This document shows positions 26,111 to 39,538 of a stretch of 64,000 bases of DNA, piece after piece (position 1 is the first letter of the stretch; every line of letters starts with the position of its first letter). The stretch is from Octopus sinensis (lineage: Eukaryota): positions 4,340,001 to 4,404,000 of the forward strand of contig NC_043014.1 in assembly GCF_006345805.1 (NCBI RefSeq). Reading direction: 5' to 3'. The translations under genes and the position numbers were made by a program. Below the pieces are notes generated by a model, which was given only the letters and a program-made list of their open reading frames with translations, made no database searches and was not told the origin of the DNA.

Positions 26111-27822
26111 CAGGAATCATTGCCAACAGTACCTTCTCATCCCCTTAGGAATCGCCTAGAAGGCCCTTCCATCCAGTCAAACGATTTTCTGAAGAATATC
26201 AGAGAATATAATTCTGCATTTCAAATGACATCTTATGGTGAATCTAAGAAGATAGATAAACATGAATTTACGCCGACGTCAAAGTTCAAGGGCAAGTCTA
26301 TCCCCTCATTGGTTCCCTGGTAACCGCGAATGAACAACTACAGTTCCTCCAAATTTGCTCTATGAGTGATGTAGGACGTGTGGTGTTAAAATTTCCGATG
26401 ATGGGTCGTGTTAGACACAGCGCACACTGCTGCAAAGGAGAATATATCCACTGACAGCATTTCGGTGCGTTCAAAAAATCACACAAACCCCACCTCCAAT
26501 TTTGCATGACAGGTTAGGGCCTGAAACACTCCAAACGGACGCATAGCATGTTGCTTAGTCGAATTAGCCCAGCATTTACTCTACAACTGTTTTGTTGTCA
26601 ATGTTGCACTTTCCCATATCACCTGTTTCAAAATGACTGGAATATATTATATACCAACTTTGCCATTTTAATCCCCAGCAATGCCGGGTATGTCTGCTAG
26701 TACACACACACACATATATATATACATATATATATATATATACACATATTTATATATATAGTTAAATTTATTCCATACAAGAAAGCACAAAAAACAACGC
26801 GAGGACGTGGAACAAATATAGTATTATTGGACGAGGAAGGAAAGAAGGAGGGTTTAAGGTTTATGAGAATGAAAGATCCAGAGGAGGGAAGACAGAGGGA
26901 AAAAAATCGCCAACGGTACACACGCGGACACATTTTGAATGACGGAAGGAACTGTGTGAAGAAAAGTTCTTTCAAAGACAGGAGAGTGGTAGAGGAGGAG
27001 GAACGTGTGTGTAAGTGTGGATAAGAGCGTGCGCGGAGGTCTGCGTGTGCGTCTGTGTGTCTGTGTGTATGTGTGCAATGATGACACGTGTGTGTGTGTG
27101 TGTTGTTGTGGCTGTTAATCTTTGCGTGTTGTAGGGTTAGTAGTGTTAAGGTCAAGGAAGAAGGAATTTGGCGTGGCTCCTTTTGTCTCTACCACAGGTC
27201 AAGTAGTAGGTACTGCTAGTTTGATGTATGTGTGTGTGTGCGTGTATGTATATGTATCGTGTGTGTGTTTTGTTTGTAGTGTGTGTGTGTGTATGTGTGT
27301 GTCCGTGTGTGTGGGTTTTTGGAGTTGTTTTTGAGTAATGTGCGCGCGTGTGCTTGCGTGCGCGTGTGCGCTTAAGTACGCGTATGCGCGTGTGTGCCTG
27401 TGCCCATGTGTGTATAAGTGTGTGCGTATCTGAATGAGTATCGTTCATTAAAGGTATATGTGGGCATCTGTGCTGGTGCGTGTGTATGTATTTGTGTATG
27501 TGTGTGTGCGTGTATTGTGTGCGTATGATACATATATATATCTCCGTGATCACCGTGACCGACCAGGCTATCAGTTGTTGCTACACATCGCTGGTCACAA
27601 TGCGCTTCGCATTAATTTAGCCTTCAAATGACGCCATCCCGTTGGCTAAGCGAGCAGGCCAACAGAAGAAAGGGAGAAAGTTATAGCGAAAGAGTACAGC
27701 AGTGATCATGGAGCTTTAAACACACACAACACCCAGTCTGGGAATCGAAATCGCGATCCTACAACCGTGAGTCCGCGACCCTAAACCCTGGGCCACTTCA
27801 CCTCCACACAGACATATATATT

Positions 27823-27856
<34 letters not shown>

Positions 27857-27861
27857 TATAA

Positions 27862-27892
<31 letters not shown>

Positions 27893-28429
27893 TATATGTA
27901 TATATCTATAAATACATATCAATATATAGGTATACACGTACACATAAGCATACACACCATAAATATCACAAATATACGTATCTACTTATACGCATACACA
28001 CACAAACGCACACATATATGTGAGTGGACATACACTGTATAGTGTGATTTTTCGTGTACAATTGAGCACGTGTGTCTGTGTGCGTGCGTATGTGTGTGTG
28101 TGTTTCTGTTTATTTGTACGTGTGTTTGTCCGTGTGTCTGTGTGTATGTATTTACATTCGTTCTTACATATTGTCATATATAAAAACCAACGTGAATTAC
28201 AGTCAAACATTACGAAATTCACCGATCTACATTGGCACTCGCACGTTTTATTTTCAGTTGGAAAGAAAAGATTCAAAAAAACTCGCCTCACTTCCGTTCT
28301 TGATGGAGAGAAATAGATAAATGTGTGTAAATATGTACGTATTCCTATGTGTGCGTGTGTGTGTGTTTGTATGTGTTAGTTTCTGTGCGTGTGCGCAAGT
28401 GTACATCTAGATATAATACTTAACACTAA
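26111..28429 (-). repeat. 2.3-kb inverted duplication of copy-3-type intron 1 (about 38962-41288) inside intron 3 of copy 2
   Basis: Reverse-complement match at both ends. Shares the diagnostic variant gtgaagtggcccagggtttagggtcgcgg with copy 3. Confidence 0.9.
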
Positions 28430-28726
28430 CATCCACGTAAATACACTTCCCCATGCAAACTTACATAATAATCCACGTCATATCCCCAAATACTTGCCCG
28501 TATACACACAACATATATATACATATACTTACATATATATTATATATATATATTGATAAAACGGTAAGATAACAAAAGAAAGAAAGAGACCTCAATATTA
28601 TGTAAATAGAGGAAATAGAGAAATAGCCAGATAACCGAAGTGATGGTGTTGTGGATTTCCACTTCGGCATCTGAAACACAGAGTTTTATCTTGACTACCG
28701 AGTAATGTAACATTTTGTATAGATAT

Positions 28727-28757
<31 letters not shown>

Positions 28758-30015
28758 TATATTGATTCAGATGAATATGGTACTTAAGTTGAGGCTCCAG
28801 AATTTAGTACGACATTATCCATACAATTTCAAATTAAGGTGATTAAAATTAAAATAAGCAATGATGATATCCTGAGATAATGCAGTACTTTCGTTTCATG
28901 CAACTCCATTTAATTGAACAATAAAATCATTACATCAGTTTAAAATTTAGAGCAATTTTCAGCTGCAAAATACGTAGGATTTAATTAAATTACAACAGAT
29001 GGACACATTTATATAATTATACTTAAAATCTCCAAGATTTTACATAGAACATGTTGTCTCTACTTCAGCATAGCAGTTACTAAAATTATCAAGAAGACTC
29101 AGGTTGCCACTGATTTTTTGTCTTTATGGGGTCAGTTTTAATTTATAGACTAATATACAAATCCTTTGTATATCTAAGCCTGAGAGAACATAGGGAAGTA
29201 TCTGTTAGGGGGAGGGCTTAGGGGGTAGACAGACATTCTAGTTGGTATAGTCATAAAAAATCAAGAATTATTATAAGCAATACCATGAGGTTTAGTAAGG
29301 GAAAACTTAAAACAAGATGTTAGCTGATGATTAAGGGGGTCGCACACTGGCAGACTATTGACAATGAAACGGAATGTCTTATCATATATTATAGTTAAAT
29401 ATTTTAAACAATGTTGCTATGAATACAGTTGAAGTTTAGGGTTTTCCAAAGTATTATTAAGAAGAATATTATAACAAAAGGATAGAAACTGTTGAATACT
29501 TATTGTATTCATAAGTATTCATAAATTTCTTGATAATTTTATTAACTTCTATGCTGAAGTAGTGACAACATGTTCTTTGTGTATCTCCTTAACTTCTTGG
29601 AAAATTTAGGTATAATTATACTAATGTGTCAATCTGTTTTAATTTAATTAAATCCTATGTATTTATGCAGCTGAAGATTGCTCTATATTTTAAATTGATG
29701 TAATGATTGTATTGTTCAATTAAATGGAGTTGCATGAAACAATCGTACAGCATTATCTCTGGATATCCTTGTTGCTTACTTCGAGATATATATATATATA
29801 TATGAAGAGAATGCAACTGCACAGTTATAATCTAATGCATACAGCGACACTTCTTGCACTCACATAAACGCTAACATATATACACCACAATTCGTTCACA
29901 CGTGACTAAACACGACTCCTTTTAAGGGTCAAACTGTAATGAATGTTTCCGTAATTTCATATATAATTTTGCTTAATATCTTCTTTTTTACTTGATTTAT
30001 TCTTGCCAATTCTAG

Positions 30016-30512
30016 GTGTGGTTGGTGGACAATTCTTTGACCACACAGGTGGCGGAAGTAATCTCTTGTGTTTACCTAACGATCCCATTTGGGCCAATTA
30101 TACGACTGAAGTTGAAGTCGGTGGTAACATTTATGGCAGTGAATATGAAATATCCCACTACTCAAATAAACTCTTTTCTTTTGCTAATGCTAAAACACTT
30201 CATCAACACAACGTTCCGTGCGCTGTCTGTTTGACACGACAACCTGCTGTTGTTATGATGTTACCAGCCAGGACACAGTGTTACGCTGGTTGGACAGCTG
30301 AGTATTCAGTATATTTGATGGCCGAACATTATAATAGTAAGGGCAGACATGAATATGTGTGTGTGGATTATGCACCAGAAGCTGATCCAGCGGGTTACAG
30401 AAACGAAAATGGAGCTTTATTATATTTCGTTGAGGCTGCTTGTGGTTCAGTGCCATGTCCACCGTATGTCGATGGTCAAGAATTAACCTGCGTTGTGTGC
30501 AGTAAATATTGA
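30016..30512 (+). CDS. Copy 2 exon 4 (C4/NC1-like domain)
   Basis: ttctAG acceptor and an open frame to TGA with all Cys retained. Reads YSVYLM where the other copies read YSGYLM. Confidence 0.9.
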
Positions 30513-32010
30513 ATAGAAATTAAATTCGGTTCCATATGAAAATATGTCTGTGAATTTCAATAAATAACATAAAATTTTAATTGTGTTACCTAATATTTTC
30601 TTTAAAGTATGTCTATCGTTACAATAAACTGTTGTACTAGTTTACAGAAGATATTCAAACAATACAAAAGAGGCGACCTAGAATGCCAGAAATATCCTCA
30701 AAATCAAGAAAAATCTAAATCTGTCGAAATGATTCTAGGAAAACATTTTGTAAGATTTCAGTTTATCAAACTTATCGTTGAAATAAAATGTTATTTTGTT
30801 TAACAGTATTTTGTCTTCTGTCTCATGATTCAACAAAAACCCAAATAAAGTACCACCATAGAATTATATCAGCTTTTCATGCACAGCCTTAGAATTTCTA
30901 ATACACGACGCTACTATCTCAGACATCTTGGTTTTCAAATTACAACTCGGATTCTGACGAGGAGCCATGAGCCGCTACATTACTTAGCACGGAACTTAAC
31001 TGATTCTTTCAACAACAACCAGATACTTCCACACAATCCATTCTATTTGCCGTTATTAATCAGGAAAGCTCTCCGTTCCATTCCTACCCCATATCTTATA
31101 AAACCTATTTATCGTCTACTTTAGAAATATCACAAAATGTTCAATTTAAGCTCTCTGAGAATGTGGAATTTACACGATCAATCCTTCAAAAGACAGTATA
31201 AATGAGTATTGGTCCTGCCAACCTAAATATATATCACAAAATTCCCACCTCTCTTCAAAATAAGATACAAAACGAAACTCAATGCCCACAACATACACGT
31301 CATACACTAAATGCTGATATACAAGAATAAGAATTGAAATCAAGCAGAAAAATTGCCTCATTTCGAAAGCAGAGAACATCAAATACGACGATTTCTTTCA
31401 CTCATCTACGTAAACGTACCAGAACCGAAGAAAGGATGGATCCTAGAAGCTGAATACATTTAATGCAAAACGAATACAACACCCATATAAGTGAGAGTAA
31501 AGAGAGCAAATATAGTCAGGGTAATCACGGATCCTGTGTGTAAGAAGGCTGAGATGTTGTGACCGTCACGTTATATCTAATAGGATTCATGACAGTATGT
31601 TGGAGTGTGTCGAATATTTGTTAGATAAAAGAAGGGTTCGGTTAACAATATCAAGCTGCAATAAAGATTAAAGATTATTAATGTTTACTATCCCACTATT
31701 ATTAGTCTAATGGGTAAATCTGCATTCGCTTCTCCAGATTACAAATATTTTCCTGGTTGTAAATCGTAAACAATTGCAGAGAATACGGACGCTGGTAGAT
31801 CTTCAAATTCATCTTTTGATTCAGCGGCATAATTAGACAGTTAAAACGACCGCCAGGTGTTTAAGCTGTACAGAGCATGCGCAGCTGCATATGCAACCCG
31901 CCATTACAATAGGAAAAATTATGGGACTTTGTTGAAATCTGACATGGCTGTAAGATTTATTTTGTAGCTTATTTCAAATTAACCTTATTTCGAGGGCCAA
32001 ACAGAGAGTG

Positions 32011-32109
<99 letters not shown>

Positions 32110-32858
32110 TATATATTAAAGTAGGTCAAACTATATCTGAGAGGTCTAATATGCTTCATCTAAGAAAATTTAATCATAACTATGGAATTCCGTCGTACAT
32201 ATGCAGTCCATACGGAAGGTGGACTTGCGAATTGAGTTTCAAATGGGAGACACTGTACCTGTATGTTTTGCTATGATTTATAAAACAAGAAGAAACATAT
32301 TCAAAGCTAGTGATAATGACTAGCTAAAAATATGTATGAATGTCATTATTCGGTTTTAATAGAATATTTCTGGCCAACAGAAAGAGAGACGGCTTCTAAC
32401 TTAGTTCCAAGTATCTTTCATTGGAATTTCAACAACATGAACAGGATATTTTTGTATGCATGTATGTATGTATGTCTGTATGTATGTATGCATGCATGTA
32501 TGCATGTATGTATGTATGTATGTATGTATGTATGTATGTATGTATGCATGTATGTATGTATGCATGAATGTATGTATGTATGTATGTATGTATGTATGTA
32601 TGCATGTATGTAAGTAGGTATGCATGTATGTATGTATGTATGCATGTATGTATGTATGCATGTATGTATGTATATATGCATGAATGTATGTATGTATGTA
32701 TGTATGTATGCATGTATGTAAGTAGGTATGCATGTATGTATGTATGTATGTATGTATGTATGCATGTATGTATGTATGCATGTATGTATGTATATATGCA
32801 TGAATGTATGTATGCATGTATGCATGTATGCATGTATGTATGCATGTATGTATGTATG

Positions 32859-32889
<31 letters not shown>

Positions 32890-32934
32890 GTATGTATGTA
32901 TGTATGCATGTATAAATGTTTGTATGTATGTATG

Positions 32935-32965
<31 letters not shown>

Positions 32966-34187
32966 GTATGTATGTATGTATGCATGTATGAATGTTTGTA
33001 TGTATGTATGTATGTATGTATGTAAGTATGTATGTATGTATGCATGTATGTATGTATGTATGTGTGTATGTATGCATGTATGTATGTATGAATGCATGTA
33101 TGTATGTCAGGTCACTTTCGAGTGCTACTGGTGACATGTAACCCAGTACAATCTGTTGCATTGTCGGGTCGTCGGCGACTAAGCCGGCAACCCCACCAAG
33201 CTTGCTTGGTGAGGAGGGAGTTTATTGGACACCCTGCGGGATGAAAAACAAAACCCGTCAAAGAGCGGAGGAACTCTTGAGAATCAACGGCCATCCAATA
33301 TATGTCTTAAGGCTGTATCATTCGCGGGGACATAGAAATAATCGGACTGAATACCCGATCGCGCGGTTAAACCATTGGGATTGAAGGACTCCTACACATT
33401 GTTAGGGCATCCTTCTAGGAGAAGGTAACTCAGGTAACTGGGATAACTCCGACATAAAACCTGCGGCTCAGTGGTTACCGATGATGTTGACTTGTTCTTC
33501 TTTTCGGATTATGGCTGCTGTTGCTTAGTGACTGGGATTGACACAGTGCACAGCCTTTCCTCACTATAAAAAAAAATCTTCATGCACAGGCATTGCAAGA
33601 TAACAACATTGATTAATCTTCGTGCAATGCCCATACTCGATAACGAGGGGGCAGCCACCAAGTATGTATGTATGTATGGATGGATGGATGGATGTAAGTA
33701 TGTATGCATGTATGTATGTAAGTATGTTTGTATATATATGTATGTGTATATGTGTCTATCGATATATACATGCTTATATTCAAACATACATGCATGTATA
33801 CATGTATACATACATGTATGTATGTATACATATATGCATGCATGTATATATGTAAGTATGAAAGTATGTATGTGTGTATGTATGTATGTATGTATGTATG
33901 TATGCATGTATGTGTGTGTGTGTGTGTATGTATGTTTGTATGTATGTATGTGTGTATATATGTGTGTATGTATGTATATATGTGTGTGTGTATTTATATA
34001 TGTATGAATGAGGGTATGTATGTATGTATGTATATATGTATGTATGGGCGGTATGTATGTATATATGTATGTATGGGGGTATGTATGTATGTATGTATGT
34101 ATGTATGTATGTATGTATGTATGTATGTATGCATGTATGTATGTATGTATGTATGTATGCATGTATGTATGGATATATGTATGTATG

Positions 34188-34218
<31 letters not shown>

Positions 34219-35083
34219 ATATGTATGTATGTATGCATGTATGTAGTTCAGGTCACTTTCGAGTGCTACTGGTAAACATGTAACCCAGTACAACCTGTTG
34301 CATTGTCGGTTCGTCGGCGACTAAACCGGCAACCCCACCAAACTTGTTTGGTGAGGAGGGAGTTTATTGGTCACCCTGCGGGATGAAAAACAAAACCCGT
34401 CAAAGGGCGGTAGAACGCTTGAGAGTCAACTGCCATCCAATATATGTCTTAAGGCTGTATCATGCGCGGGGACATAGAAATAATCGGACTGAATACCCGA
34501 TCGCGCGGTTAAACCATTGGGAGTGAAGGACTCCTAGACTTTGTTAGGGCATCCTTCTAGGAGAAGGTAATTCAGGTACCTGGGATAACTCCGATATAAA
34601 ACCTGCGGCTCAGTGGTTACCGATGATGTTGACTTGTGTTTTTTTCGGATTATGACTGGTGTTGCTTAGTGAGTGGGATGGACTCAGTGCACAGCCTTTC
34701 CTCGCTTTAAAAAAAAACTTCATGCACAGGCATTGCACGATAACAACTTTGATTAAGCTCAGTGCAATGGCCCTACTCGATAACGAGGGGGCAGCCACCA
34801 AGTATGTATGTATGTATGGATGGATGGATGGATGTAAGTATGTGTGTATGTATGTACGTATGTATGTATGTATGTATGTATGTATGTATGTATGTATGTA
34901 TATATGTGTCTATTCGATATATACATGCTTATATTCATGCATACATGCATGCATACATGTATACATACATAAATGTATGTATGCATATATGCATGCATGT
35001 ATGTATGTATGAAAGTATGTATGTATGTATGTATGTGTGTGTGTATGTATGTTTGCATGTATGCATATGTGTGTGTGTGTATG

Positions 35084-35117
<34 letters not shown>

Positions 35118-36441
35118 TGTTAGTATGTGTGTATGTATGTGTGCATATATGTATGTGTGTATGTATGTATGTATGTATGTATGTTTGTATGTATGTATGT
35201 GTGCATGTATGTGTGTATGTATGTATATATGTATGTATGTGTGTATGTATATATGTTTGTATGTATACATGTATGTATGTATACATGTATGTATGTATGC
35301 ATGTATGTGTGTGTATGTATGTATGTGTGTATGTATGTATGTGTGTATGTATGTGTGTATGTACATATGTGTGTGTGTATGTATGTATATTTGTATGTAT
35401 GGGGGTATGTATGTATGTATATATGTAAGAATGAGTGTATGTATGTGTGTATGTATGTATATATGTAAGCATGAGTGTATGTATGTGTGTATGTATGTAT
35501 GTGTGTATGTATGTGTGTATATATGTATGCATGTATGTATGTGTGTGTGTGTATATGTATGGGTGGGTGGGAATTGGTAGGTTTTGATTTTGATATTCCC
35601 ATAAAACTTTTCTAATCCGATTAACGCTTGTTGTGAAGAATCCAATCCGAACATTAGACTTCATTAGATTAAGTCTTGCGATTACTGTGTGGGTTGAACG
35701 AATTAAATCCCACACTGGATATTAAAACAGTGTGTGAGTGTGTGTGTATGTGTGTGAGTGTGTGTGTGTGTGTGTGTGTTTGTCAGTGTGTATGTGTGTT
35801 AGTGTGCGTGTGTGTGTGTGTTTGTTTGTGTATGTGTGTGCGTTAGTGTGTGTGTGTGTGAGTGTGTGTTTATGCCAATGTATGTGTGTTTGTCAGTGTG
35901 TGTGTCAGTGTATGTGTCAGTGTGTGTGTCAGTGTGTGCGTGTGTGTGTGTGTCAGTGTGTGTGTGTGTTTCAGTGTGTGTGTCGGTGTGTGTGTGTGTG
36001 TGTGTGTGTCTTTGTGTCTGTGTATTTGTTGGTTGAACGAAATACTTCCCACACTGAATATTAAAACAGTTTCCCAAGAATAACAAATAAAATTAAATAA
36101 CAACATTAGTAAATAAATATATCATAATATATCCAGAAACAGGAATCATTTCACTTTACACGTGTCTCTCATTCATCAAAATATTTTGCTAATTATTGTG
36201 TGACAATATCAAACCATCTCTTTCCAATAATTAAACCTGTCAGACAAGTTCACACCCGCTTTTACAGTTCCACCAATCGCATTGGTTCATAAATTTACGA
36301 TAAGATCTATGGCAGAGCTGGGTTGTTGTGCGCTCAATAAATACGTGGAATTCAGTTACAGGTCTTCAGCTTAAACCTCGCATCTCGATCTTTTGTTGAA
36401 GCCACACGAAGTATCACTTACGACCGACAACTGTCACCAGA

Positions 36442-36585
36442 ATGGATTTCGCACAACTGTCCAGGAATATTTCGCAGCGTTATTCCATTTCTTCTCTCAT
36501 AGCTTTTGGGGTTCTTCTCGTTCTGACGATCGTGATTCTTCATCAAGATTCAAGAATAGGAAAAATGGAAGAGAAATCAAAAACG
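36442..36585 (+). CDS. Copy 3 exon 1
   Basis: Same peptide as the other copies. GTAAGT donor at 36586. Confidence 0.85.
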
Positions 36586-37047
36586 GTAAGTCATGGATTT
36601 TTTGTTAATATATGTACGTCTTTATGAATTTATATATGCATGTATGTATGTATGCATTTACGTATGTATGTATTAATATGTGGATGTATGTACGTACCGA
36701 TGGATGGATGGATGTAAGGATGTATGCCTGAACCATGTATATATGTTCCTATGGAGCACACACACACACATAAGATCACACACGTAATAACACGCGAACA
36801 CACAGGCGCACACACCTAAGCATACATATATATACATATACGCATATTTGTATATATAATATACATATATATGTATATATAAATATACATATATATGAAT
36901 ATATTAGTGCGTGAACATATATAGATATATATATACAAACAAATATATGCGTGTGTGTATCTATCACTGTATCTCTCTGTCTATCTCTCTCTCTCTCTGT
37001 CTATCTCTCTGTCTATCTCTCTCTCTCTATTTATCTATATATATATA

Positions 37048-37122
<75 letters not shown>

Positions 37123-37453
37123 TCTTTTACCCGTTTCAGTCATTTGACTGCGGCCATGCTAGAGCACTGCGTTTAGTAGGACAAATCGACTTCAGGAATT
37201 ATTCTTTGTAAGCCTATTGCTCATTCTATCGGTATCTCTAGCCGAACCGCTATGTTACGGGGACGTAAACACACCGACATCAGTTGAGAATCGATAGCGG
37301 TGCGACAATAACAGACACATACATAAAACATAGATACATACACACTATGTGTGCTATACACACACACACGCACACACACAAATCAATATATATATATATA
37401 TACATATCATATATACATACACACATATATAGTTACGTACGTATGTACATACA

Positions 37454-37528
<75 letters not shown>

Positions 37529-37533
37529 ATATA

Positions 37534-37772
37534 TACTACGATGATCCGGTTCTTGACTGAAGACTGAGGGGTTCGAATGTCCTGTCCATGTTTATTGTGT
37601 CGTCTTCTAAGAGTTATACGTTCTTGTCCATGTTGTATTTTTCTACATACCTTAACATATATTCCGGGCGCCCCGTACCCACCTTATCATTAATGTGAGC
37701 ACATATTCTTAATAATTGGTACGACTCTCTTTTTGTCTCCCTCTCTCTCTCATTTTTACTTGATCTGTCCCC

Positions 37773-37803
<31 letters not shown>

Positions 37804-38482
37804 ACTCATCCTCTTTTTCTCTTCTCTTTACCCTCCTATTTCTTTGTCTCGCTCTGCACTCACAGGTCATTCTTCGACACCCATCCCTTCTCCTCTCTGA
37901 TCCCTTCTTTCTCTCTCTTCTCTCTCTTTGTTGCGTTTTGTCCCCCGTCTCTCTCTCTCTTCCTTTGCTTATCTTTCTTTTCTTTTCCCTCTTCTCTGTC
38001 ACGTGACTGTTGGCCGAAATCTGCCTTTCAGCTCCTGACCCTCGTCGTGTTAACATCGTTGTTTTTCGTCCGCCGCTATAAAGGCTTCTTCCTATGCGCC
38101 AGAGAAAAAATTTGTTTGCTTGTTATCAGTCGTAAGACACTTGTTGTTTTCACCGTTAATGCTTCTGTATTTCATGTTTCTGTATTCCATTATTGTTTTT
38201 TGTTTTTTTTATATCTGTCCCTTTTGCTGTCCTGGTGTTCGTATGCATTCGATCCTTCTTCCAGGAAATCTACGCTTCCAGCTTAGTTTTTCTAATGCTC
38301 GTTGCTTAGTTTTTCTTGGAGGGCTGGCCGTGATCTAGTAATCTCAAGATTAATCAGCCGAAATTACTACGATGATCCGGTTCTTGACTGAAGACTGAGG
38401 GGTTCGAATGTCCTGTCCATGTTTATTGTGTCGTCTTCTAAGAGTTATACGTTCTTGTCCATGTTGTATTTTTCTACATACC

Positions 38483-38486
<4 letters not shown>
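37534..38486. mobile_element. 953-bp non-coding insertion with identical 122-bp direct terminal repeats (copy 3 intron 1 only)
   Basis: 37534-37655 equals 38365-38486 by eye. CT-rich interior, inserted in a (TATC)n/(TA)n tract. Confidence 0.75.
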
Positions 38487-38567
<81 letters not shown>

Positions 38568-39476
38568 ATATATATATATATATATATATCTGTCAGATAT
38601 GATGTAATCGTATATTCTATTTCTATTTCCATGTCTAGTTATATTTGCAATATATTATGTATAATGTCATTGCTGTTATGTAATGGTTTAATAAAGTATT
38701 GATTGGGTATTATCTGATGGTTGATGATTGATTTAGATATGTTTCTCCATTTTCTCATTTTGTATATATATATATCTATATATACATACATATACACACA
38801 TCCCAAGTAAACACAAAGAAGAGTGGAATGGTACTCCTGTCCGATCGCTCTTTCACCAGACATAATCCTGGAATGGGAAATAAGTGCGTAATGAAAAAAA
38901 TCTAATGGTGGGGTTCTAGCATGGCCATGCCCTGTCGCTGCAACGTTTAGCCCTATTAATATTAGTGTTAAGTATTATATCTAGATGTACACTTACACAC
39001 ACGCACAGAAAGAGACACAAACAAACACACACACACGCACACATAGGAATACGTACATATTTACACACATTTATCTATTTCTCTCCATCAGGAACGGAAG
39101 TGAGGCGAGTTTTTTTGAATCTTTTCTTTCCAACTGAAAATAAAACGTGCGAGTGCCAATGTAGATCGGTGAATTTCGTAATGTTTGACTGTAATTCACG
39201 TTGGTTTTTATATATGACAATATGTAAGAACGAATGTAAATACATACACAGAGACACACGGACAAACACACGCACAAATAAACACAAACACACACACATA
39301 CGCACACACACAGACACACGTGCTCAATTGTACACGAACAATCACACTATACAGTGTATGTCCACTCACATATATGTGTGTGTTTGTGAGTGTGTATGCG
39401 TATAAGTAGATGCGTATATTTGTGATATTTATGGTGTGTATGCTTATGTGTACGTGTATACCTATATATTGATATG

Positions 39477-39538
<62 letters not shown>

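Noticed and set aside
28555-28720. Short unique inserts in (TA)n (also 38590-38762)
   Set aside because: Probably Penelope-like fragments, but no terminal structure or ribozyme core can be supported.
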